A stretch of DNA of 38,472 nt from Macrostomum lignano. Lineage: Eukaryota. Of this stretch, positions 10,401-20,751 are shown piece after piece; position 1 is the first letter of the stretch, and every line of letters starts with the position of its first letter. The stretch is from assembly GCA_002269645.1 (NCBI GenBank), contig NIVC01002696.1, positions 85,077 to 123,548 on the forward strand, in the 5' to 3' direction. The notes under the pieces are model-generated. The model was not told the DNA's origin. It made no database searches and was given only the letters and a program-made list of their open reading frames with translations. A program made the position numbers and the translations under genes.

Positions 10401-12673
10401 AGTAGGGCCTAAATCTAGAGATGTCAATTCCCTAGAAAATTTGTACCACAGGGACATAAGGATTCTTTTATCCTCTCCTTCCTCCTTTTACTTTTTTTTA
10501 TCCTTTTCCTTTTTTCTTCTATCTTTAATTTTATCCCAACTATCTTTCCAATTATTCTTTCACTTCCTTTTTCTTATCTCACTTCTTTTTCTTCTTTTAT
10601 CCTTTTCTAGCCTATCATCAGAGCTAGATTCTCTATTAAGCCTTTGAGGTAAAAGTTTTCCAACCCTTGGTGTATATAATCTGAATGTGTTCTTGACTAT
10701 ATAACTGCTAGTGCAGTAATAGTACCATGTGGAGTATAAAAATCATTGGGAAACAAAAAAACAATATAAAAACCTAGGTTTTTTGCTGGCACTACACTAG
10801 GTCTATGTCTAGGATGCAATATGAAATTGTATCCAAGGTCCAAGTTCAAAATTCAATCAAAAAAAGATATTGTACAATAAGGATACTATAGCTTAAGGAT
10901 GCCTTAGCCAAGGTTTTTTGCTAAGCCTAGTACTAAGATACTAAATTGTATCCAAGGTCAACTTGAAGTTGCAATTTTGAAATTCAAGATAATATAACAT
11001 CTTTATCATATAGCTAAAGCATAAACCTAGGAAACAATTGCTAAATACTAAGAGAAATAATAAGATAACCCAAAAATTGACTAAAAACAGTCTTACTTAA
11101 TAAGATTGCTAAATCCTTAGCAATAAGGATAAGGTATCATTAGTTTTATTTAAAAACTTCTCAAAACAAATAAAGTTTTATTTTAGACCCTAATTATTAC
11201 TCTAGGCCTAGGGTCATTGTCATTGATTGCCTGTGTCCCAAAACCTTGGCTTGGGATCAAAAACCCTAAATTTTTTTGAGTTTCAAATTTATAATAAAGT
11301 TTCAATAAATAGGCCTAGGCCATACTTTGCAGGTATGTGATCAATAAAAAAGAAGTTAGTTAAGGCAGTTAGGGTTATGACTAGCCTAGCTAGAAATCAA
11401 ATAAGTCTAGACCTGTGAAGTATTTACTACCAGTTGATAAACATATGTCCTTAGTCATAGGCCTACCTAGCTGGCCTACTAGTCATAAGTAATGTAAAAA
11501 AATGGTAAATAACCAAAAAATATGACTAAACCACAAAATAATATAATTTAGCTAAGTGTTTTTGGTTACATACTGCAAAATTTTGGAAATTAATAGCCTA
11601 GGCCTCTGCAAATAGCACATGATGTTGAAAATCATGCATTTCGTCTATCTCACTAATGTATACAAGAATAAAAATCAGCCTTCAACTATTTTCATATGAA
11701 TCAAGAGTGTTACATCCTATATAACAAAGTGTTCCTAGTGGTCCTTGTCATTCTATTCATTAGTTATGTTGCATAACATTGACCTAGCAAGTATTGGAAA
11801 ATATTTCTAAAATAGTGCTATAAGAGAACGAATTTTTATTAGTGTTCAATTTAGAACCCAGCAATTACTAGAAGAGAGCCAAAAACAGTATTGTAAGTAT
11901 TGTATAGATAGGGTCTTTATTGAACTAAAAATTATTGTTAAATTTGCTGTCATTACTATGTATTATAATCAGTTAAGTTAATAATTAAGTTATTAAGTTA
12001 ATTTATTTTGCTTGTAATAAACCTAAAGTGAAATTATCAGTTAACGATAGTTACTAAAGTCTTAGTTAACAATTTTTATTTTGTGCTTTTTAATTTTGTT
12101 TAGTCAATTGTTAGGTCAAATTATTAGTTGTGTGTGTAAATAGATGCAGATGCATCAGCTTAGAGATATTCAAAATAAAATTAAAAAACCTGCTCCCCAC
12201 AGCCAGCAGCGCAGAGACCGCCTTTAAGCAGCAGCTCCTGTCGCCAGTCCCATGGAAAACCTGCGTCGGCGCACCTCGGCCCTCTGCAACAGGCACCACG
12301 CCGAGAGCGGCGGTGGCGGCAACCCATCAGATTTTCCATCGTCCATCCCGCGCAGCGAGACCTTCCTGATGGTGGGGCCGAACTTCAAGGTTGGCAAGAA
12401 GATCGGCTCTGGTAACTTTGGCGAGCTCCGGCTGGGCAAGAACCTCCACAACAACGAAGTTGTGGCTGTTAAACTGGAGCCGCTGAAGGCAAAGGCGCCG
12501 CAGCTGCATCTGGAGTTCCGCTTCTACAACGAGCTGGGCACCAGCGAGGGAGTCCCGCGGGTTTTCTATTTTGGCCCGACACACAAGTACAATGCGCTGG
12601 TCATGGAGCTGCTGGGGCCCTCGCTTGAGGATCTGTTTGACATCTGCGACAGGTCACTGTGCTCATGAGTCTT

Positions 12674-12975
12674 AAGACTGTGCTCATGATTGCTGTACAA
12701 CTGGTGAGTGCTCAAGACTGTGCTCATGATTGCTGTACAACTGGTGAGTGCTCAAGACTGTGCTCATGATTGCTGTACAACTGGTGAGTGCTCAAGACTG
12801 TGCTCATGATTGCTGTACAACTGGTGAGTGCTCAAGACTGTGCTCATGATTGCTGTACAACTGGTGAGTGCTCAAGACTGTGCTCATGATTGCTGTACAA
12901 CTGGTGAGTGCTCAAGACTGTGCTCATGATTGCTGTACAACTGGTGAGTGCTCAAGACTGTGCTCATGATTGCTG
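12674..12975 (+). repeat. 40-bp tandem repeat of the CK1 exon 1 end plus 5' splice site (7 donors)
   Basis: Unit AAGACTGTGCTCATGATTGCTGTACAACTG|GTGAGTGCTC; GT donors at 12704, 12744, 12784, 12824, 12864, 12904, 12944. Confidence 0.97.
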
Positions 12976-13284
12976 ATAAGTGCTCAACACTGCTGCTCAA
13001 TGCTCGCCCGCAGCTGCATCGCATCGAGTACGTGCACTCGCACTGTCTCATCTATCGCGACATCAAGCCGGAAAACTTTCTGATCGGGCGGCAAACCAAC
13101 CAGAAGCAGCACATCATCCACATTATCGATTTCGGTCTGGCCAAGGAGTACATTGACAAGGACACCGGCAAGCACATCCCGTACAGGGAACACAAGAGCC
13201 TCACCGGCACTGCTCGGTACATGAGCATCAACACGCACTTTGGCAAGGGTGAGTAGGGACCAGCATTCACTTGCTAGTCTCTAA

Positions 13285-13578
13285 GAGGGCCGTCGCCTAA
13301 TGGTCTAGCGCGGCGCTCTTGTGTACCAGCGGTCCAGGTCAGGGTAATCATATGAGCTCGTAGGGTCCTCTGATGAGCTTCCAACAAGATTCGCCTACGA
13401 GCGCTCGTACAAGCGGTAGAAGTGTCATCTCCAACAGAGGTCACCCTCAGGCGTAGATGCAACTTGATCTCAACGCCCATCCAGTTCAGCTCATGGAGTC
13501 AACGAAATGGGCAGCAATGCCTCTCGCTGGTTGTGTGACTGCCGCATAAAGTGCGCCAGGGTGCACACAACCCCCTGC
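13285..13578 (+). mobile_element. Possible tRNA-derived SINE in CK1 intron 2 (mostly deleted in copy 2)
   Basis: 5' end GGGCCGTCGCCTAATGGTCTAGCGC resembles a tRNA 5' half with A box; flanked by CTCTAA at 13279-13284 and 13579-13584; B box not clear. Confidence 0.4.
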
Positions 13579-14256
13579 CTCTAACCAATAAAAATCGAGT
13601 ATCCAACTGGCCGCATGCCATCAACGCAGATCATTCATTTTTTGTCTCCGGTGTCATCGGCATTCCAGAGCAATCCCGACGCGACGACCTGGAGGCGCTG
13701 GGCCACATGTTCATGTACTTCCTGCGCGGCAGCCTGCCCTGGCAGGGCCTCAAGGCCGACAACGTGAAGGAGCGCTACCAGAAAATTGGCAGCACAAAGA
13801 GATCCACGCCGATTGAGGTTCTGTGCGAAGGATTCCCCGGTAAGCGAATCCTGACGCTCCAGTAGGAAACTCAAATTCTGCTCATTTTTATATTTCAATA
13901 AATGACTCAGTAAGTCGACGGTTTGGGAAATCACTAACCTGTTAAGAAGCACGTGTGTACATAAGTAAGCTAAGTTCTAGCTAGCCAGAACGTGTGAGTC
14001 GTGGTTTATCGCGACTTTAAGACACTCATGTAGAAACTCACCGATTCCCTGCCTGAGTCCTGACCAGCCACGGTGCCATTGGTCAAATTTATTGGGCAAA
14101 TACTGCCAGTGAACATGTATTTAAAGTTGCAAACCGGTGGTCCATAGGGAATATTAACAAATTGACCTACAGGTGCTCTCAGCTGGGAAGATACAGCTCA
14201 CATACATCTATAGAATTGACTCATTTACTAATTGTGTGTTTTCCTAATTTTCTGTA

Positions 14257-15191
<935 letters not shown>

Positions 15192-15704
15192 TCAAAACTG
15201 CTTACTTGTCAGCCTACTATTAGTAGCAAACTCGCGCATTAATCCACACAGAAGAGCTGGCCAGTTACGTGCGCTACACTCGCAGCCTGGAGTTCTACCA
15301 AACCCCTGACTACGCCTTCCTGCGCTCGCTGTTCACCGACCTGATGGCCAAGAACGGCTGGTCCTGCGACTGGGACTTCGACTGGCTGTCCCGGCAGAGC
15401 GAGAAGCCGGCCTCGGTTTGATGGACTCCGGCAATTTGTCATGTATTTCATTTCAAATACAATTTATATTTCCTACAGTCGCGGTGCTGCAAAAAAAATC
15501 TGTCAACTGCATTTTAGAAAGGAACTTTGATTTTGTAAAAAAAAACAGACAAGTTTTTTGTGCCTTGCTTTTTTCATTTGTTTTGGGGCTGTGATCAGCA
15601 TCTCCCCTTCATCATGAGCGACCAGCATCTCTTTACCATGAATTACAGCAGCTCCTTTTCATCATTAGGGACCATGCAGTATCATTATTTTGCCTGTCAC
15701 ATTA

Positions 15705-15705
<1 letters not shown>

Positions 15706-15766
<61 letters not shown>

Positions 15767-15827
15767 GTGTCTGTCTGTCTGTCTGTCTATCTGTCTGTCT
15801 GCCTGTCTGTCTGTCTGTCTGTTTGTG

Positions 15828-15858
<31 letters not shown>

Positions 15859-15859
15859 G

Positions 15860-15894
<35 letters not shown>

Positions 15895-15959
15895 GTGTCT
15901 GTCTGTCTGTCTGTCTATCTGTCTGTCTGCCTGTCTGTCTGTCTGTCTGTCTGTTTGTG

Positions 15960-15998
<39 letters not shown>

Positions 15999-16003
15999 GT
16001 CTG
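15706..16003. repeat. (CTGT)n microsatellite
   Basis: About 300 bp of CTGT with GT/CT interruptions. Confidence 0.97.
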
Positions 16004-16590
16004 TATTTTCTAACTGAATCTGTTTCATTTGCTCTATGAGATTGTCTGTGAACTCATTTCCGAACGCTTATATCTACTCTGCGACCAAATGTGCTGGGCG
16101 CATTTGGAAATGCAACTTGCGACCTGAAAACTGCAGCTCTAGGAAACTTCGCTATTATTTCTAGGATGACGGGAACCGCTCGCTGGCTTTTAGTTTTCGG
16201 CTACGGCGGGGCTGAGTTGCGTAGCTTAACAAGGTTTTCATCCCCAGAGGAAAAATTATTTTCAACTGCTTCCGTTACTAGGCAAAACAGCTCACCCATC
16301 TCACCCCAGGCTCTTCAACTGAAACGGACTGCACACGTTAGTGGACACAATTGGATATGGGCTTATCAGGGCTGCAATATGCTTTATTGTTTCAGTGAGA
16401 ACTTGCAGGCATGAGTCCTTGGGCCCAGTTATGCCATCTGTCTCGTACACGATGAGCCCGCGCGTGTCGCATCCCCTCCATGTAGCTGTCGCAACGCCCA
16501 CGTCCTCAAACTATGGTTTGGCAAAATGCATAAAGCAGCTTGCGGAGGCAGAAGCCTCTCTCAATAGAAAAACATTTCAAAGCGCTGACA

Positions 16591-17294
16591 ATGCAGGCCT
16601 CATCAATTCTGCCGCTTCTCTGTTGCTGCATCGCCTTCGGCTACTCGCTGGCCACCACTGAGTTCACTTTCATGGGCTGCTTTGCAGACAGTGACCCCAG
16701 GGACCTTGACGGCCTGGCAGGACACTCCACCATCGGGCCCTACTCAGTGCAGGGTTTGCTTGTGCCATCCAGCTCGATGACTCTGGGGCTGTGCGACAAA
16801 GTCTGCAGCTACGGCAACTTTCACTACTTTGGAACTCAGTATGCAGAAACATGCTTCTGCAGCAACTTGTACGGCAGGTATGGCTCTGCACCCGGTAGCG
16901 ACTGCAACATGAACTGCCGTGGCAACGCCTCGCAAATCTGCGGAGGCGCTCATCGAAATTCCGTGTACCGTCTGGCCCGCTCTCACCCAGGCAAGTGCAA
17001 CCCAGCTGAGTGTCTTCTCTAGTGGCTAAAGCCTTTCCAGGATTTTTCTCGCTTATCTTTCTTTCAGTTGCCAAGCGTTTCAACTCTGCTGACCGGGTCT
17101 ACCTGAACCTGACCTCTGCCGGGCCGATGTACCGCACCGTGCAGCCCGTCAGGAGCCTGGCTGACTGTCTGGTTCAATGCGTTGTCAACTGCCAGGCCGT
17201 GCTGTTTCACCTGGACGCCTGCCACCTGCTGAAATTCGCCGTTCTGCCGCACGAGCTGGAGACCGTGGCTGGGGAATTCCTCGTTGGCATCTGA
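16591..17294 (+). CDS. Secreted WSC-domain plus PAN/apple-like protein, copy 1 (exons 16591-16990, 17068-17294)
   Basis: Signal peptide MQASSILPLLCCCIAFGYSLA; WSC pattern FMGCFAD...MTLGLCDKVC...YFGTQYAETCFCSN...DCNMNCRGNASQICGG..RNSVY; exon 2 has LADCLVQCVVNCQAVLFHLDACHLL (PAN-like cysteine spacing). Joined in frame by a GC-AG intron 16991-17067. Confidence 0.85.
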
Positions 17295-17303
17295 GGCTCC
17301 GGA

Positions 17304-17680
17304 CATGAGAATCGGGCACATGAGAATTGGGGACTTGAGAATCGGGCACATGCGAATCAGGCACATGAGAATCAGGCACATCAGAATCGGGCACATGAGA
17401 ATCGGGCACATGCGAATCGGGCACATGAGAATCAGGCACATCAGAATCGGGCACATGAGAATTGGCGACTTGAGAATCGGGCACATGAGAATCGGGCACA
17501 TGCGAATCGGGCACATGAGAATCAGGCACATCAGAATCGGGCACATGAGAATTGGCGACTTGAGAATCGGGCACATGAGAATTGGTGACTTGAGAATCGG
17601 GCACATGAGAATCGGGTACATGCAAATCGGGCACATGAGAATTGGGGACTTGAGAATCGAGCACATGAGAATCGGGGACT
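17304..17680. repeat. 15-bp minisatellite (GAATCGGGCACATGA), copy 1
   Basis: 5-aa periodicity in the ORF track; starts about 10 nt after the WSC-PAN stop codon. Confidence 0.95.
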
Positions 17681-17719
17681 GCATAACCTGCTGCAGGGAG
17701 CCTTGTTTGCTTTAGTTAA

Positions 17720-18120
17720 CTCTGTGGTTAAGCGCTGTGTTTTCAGAGATTTTTTATATTCTAAGCCTTTATCTCTGTGGTTAAGCGTTGTTTTTTAGAA
17801 ATGTTTGATATTTTAAGCCCGTGTTTATCTCTGTGGTTAAGCGTTGTTTTTTAGAAATGTTTGATATTTTAAGCCCGTGTTTATCTCTGTGGTTAAGCGT
17901 TGTTTTTTAGAAATGTTTGATATTTTAAGCCCGTGTTTATCTCTGTGGTTAATCGCTATTTTTTAGAAATGCCTGATATTTTAAGCCCGTGTTTATCTGT
18001 GTGGTTAATCGCTATTTTTTAGAAATGCCTGATATTTTAAGCCCGTGTTTATCTGTGTGGTGAAGAGCTGTGTTTTCAGAAATTTTAGATATTTTAAGCC
18101 CGTGTTTATCTCTGCGGTTA
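17720..18120. repeat. 56-bp AT-rich tandem repeat, about 7 units, copy 1
   Basis: Unit CTCTGTGGTTAAGCGTTGTTTTTTAGAAATGTTTGATATTTTAAGCCCGTGTTTAT. Confidence 0.93.
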
Positions 18121-18732
18121 AATCTGCTGCATGTTTTGAGCCAAAAAGATACGTCACCAATAAATTTTCAGACTCAAACTCTGTCACACTTGTCAGGTCT
18201 CAGAGCTGATTTAAGCAAGCAGATGAGGGGACCCAGCTGAGCAATCCACCTGCGGAGAAATACTGTTTGGGAATTTGGTCCCAGAAAATGGGACAAATTT
18301 GCTTCTGATTTGGATGAGTTGTTGGGTTTGGGAGCTGCCACTCTTGAACTGAAAAGAATTTAGATTTAAAAAATTCAGGCGGATTTTATGTGTACATAAT
18401 TTCGGATGTTCTGTGAAAATTGCAAATTATGCTGTAAATCAGGTGCAACTCTACAGACTTGATGATCGGTCAGCATGAATGTTCAAGCTTGAGTTGCTCT
18501 CGCATACCCATGAGTTCGAAGCTACTCGTAAATAGCTGTTCAGGGAACACGGAAGACCTGGAAGACACTTCAGACTCGTTTCCGAAACTGTTCGTCAACA
18601 TAGGCGGAGAAAAGCTCTCCTCGATAATAAATCCTAATCTAAAAAATTCCTCGATAATATCAGAACGTCAGGGCTCGGGTTCGGGGCCTATTTTTCGACA
18701 TTGACTTCTACTTACTAATCTGATCTATCTAT

Positions 18733-18890
18733 CTAGGATAAGCCAACATGGTCGCAAGTTCGAGCCCCCAGCCGTCCGCAACACACACACAAAGCGACGC
18801 TGCAGGCAACCCTGGACCAGCGGCCGTTCCTCATCGGCCGGTGCCGCGCGACCACCTGACCTACCGGCTGCTGGATGCTGGCCCACTTGA
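18733..18890. other. GC3-rich exon-like island, strand unresolved (copy 2 at 35829-35986)
   Basis: Third-position GC bias. The minus frame is open (KWASIQQP...NGRWSRVACSVALCVC, faintly C-type-lectin-like); the plus shadow frame has an internal TGA. Confidence 0.35.
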
Positions 18891-19410
18891 CCCCACTGAC
18901 TCGACTGACCCACTGGTCTACTGACCCCACTGACTCGACTGACCCACTGGTCTACTGACCCCACTGACGCACTGACCCACTGGTCTGCCGACACCACTGA
19001 CCTACTGACACCACTGACCTACTGATACCATTGGCCTACTGACCCACTGGCCTACTGACACCACTGGCTCATTGATCCACTAACACCACTGACACCACTG
19101 ACCCACTGACACCACTGGCCAACTGACGTTACAGACCCACTGACACCAGGGACATCACTCCCAGGGACAGCACTCATCACCAGGGACTGACACCAGGGAC
19201 CCACTGACACCACGGACATACTGACACCACTGACCTACTGACACCACTTACCCACTGACACCATTGACCCACTGACACCACTGACCCACTGAAACCACTG
19301 ACACCACTGACCCACTGAAACCACTGACCCACTGAAACCACTGACCCACTGGCCTACTGAGGCAACTTACCCACTGACTCTGCCACTGACCCACTGAATC
19401 CACTGACCTT
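18886..19410. repeat. Degenerate 8-9-bp CACTGAC-core minisatellite (copy 2 at ~35982-36515)
   Basis: Repeats of CTGACCCA / CTGACACCA / CTACTGAC. Confidence 0.9.
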
Positions 19411-19677
19411 ATTTTCTATCAAGCGGTGTACACACTGGCTAGCGTGAATGCTCGACAAGTGCCATGCAATATGGCCGTGTGTGCTGAGTCGAACACGGGA
19501 ACTCACACCCGTGAATGCTCGGGCGAATGTTTGCGCAAGGGCCACGTGAATATCTTTGTAGATATTGGTGATTGGTGTCAGTGTAAAACAGCTCCTTAAA
19601 CATATTCGCATAAGCCTACTAACAGTGGCAGTAGAAGCAAATTGCACGCCAAAAATTCGATTCCACCCCCTGGACAG

Positions 19678-19821
19678 GTCGCTTCGGCTGCCACCTGCGT
19701 CAGCTGTCCGAGGACTTCAACTTCACCGTCCAACTGCCCGGCCGGTCGTGGAGGGCGGCTCCGCACCGGCAGGGACTGTGCGGGTACGCGGAGCCCAGCC
19801 CAGCCGCCGTGGACCCATACG
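19678..19821 (+). CDS. Putative internal exon of an unidentified gene (copy 2 at 36782-36925)
   Basis: Acceptor CCACCCCCTGGACAG; high-GC3 frame (G)RFGCHLRQLSEDFNFTVQLPGRSWRAAPHRQGLCGYAEPSPAAVDPY; 144 nt, phase 1-1 if the weak donor G|GTCTGA at 19822 is used. Confidence 0.45.
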
Positions 19822-20182
19822 GTCTGACCCACACTGTCTGACCCACACTGCCTGACGCACAGTGTCTGACCCACAGTGTCTGACCCACACCGTCTGACCC
19901 ACACTGCCTGACCCACACTGTCTGACCCACACCGTTTGACCTGCACTTTCTGACCCACACTGCCTGACCCACAGTGTCTGACCCACACCATCTGACCTAC
20001 ACTGTCTGACCCACAGTGTCTGACCCACACTGCCTGACGCACAGTTTCTGACCCACACTGTCTGACCCACACCGTCTGACCCACACTGCCTGACCCACAC
20101 TGTCTGACCCACACTGCCTGACGAACAGTGTCTGACCCACAGTGTCTGGCCCACACCATCTGACCTACACTGTCTGACCCAT
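19822..20182. repeat. 14-bp minisatellite CTGACCCACACTGT (shorter array in copy 2, ~36926-37216)
   Basis: Tandem units read directly from the sequence. Confidence 0.95.
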
Positions 20183-20751
20183 GTTGACCCTCGCAGAATA
20201 GGGTCAAAAAGTTATAACATCTCTCCCATTTACCGGTTGTGGACATTTGCTCAGTTATTTGCCTCATCACTGAACTCACATGCCCGCCCTGTGTTCTTCG
20301 AGCACTCTGTTGCCAGCGAGAACTTCAAGCTCAGTCATTTATAATAAAAAACTTTGGTGACTGCAGGATCAATTTTTATTTTTGTCAAAAAAACGTTTTT
20401 TTCTACTCTCTCAGTAGTGTTTATAGCGTGTATATTACAAAATTCAAACGCTGCTTTACAAGAGCTTCTCCGTTCTGAGCAAAGCATGCAGTGTCATCCA
20501 AGTGAGCATCGCTAAGTACATTAAAAGTACATACTAACCTTCAGATGTGCAGAATCAGTGGCTTCACCTGTACAGAAACAGTCTTTGTACATTGCAGGAT
20601 TCTTCATCAAGCCAAAGAAAAAGTTTTGCTAATATTATTATCCAGACCTGGCAGCAATGGCAACCTGCAGTCAGGCGGTTAAAAAACGGGATCTGACACT
20701 TTAGTTGAGACGAGTATTTAAAAATATGAAGTTAATGCTGCGATAAACACA

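Noticed and set aside
12674-12975. CRISPR-like appearance of the 40-bp repeat (also the 34-bp and 56-bp arrays)
   Set aside because: Units are contiguous with no unique spacers, no cas genes, and the context is spliceosomal introns.
15560-16039. LSVC-repeat ORFs and PCFF as the CK1 CCCFF palmitoylation tail
   Set aside because: ORFs arise from the (CTGT)n microsatellite; no frame-consistent splice links PCFF to the kinase.
17064-17715. MRIGH/ILMCP/VPDSH repeat ORFs (likewise the ORFs over the 14-, 16-, 23- and 34-bp arrays)
   Set aside because: Translations of tandem repeats open in several frames on both strands.
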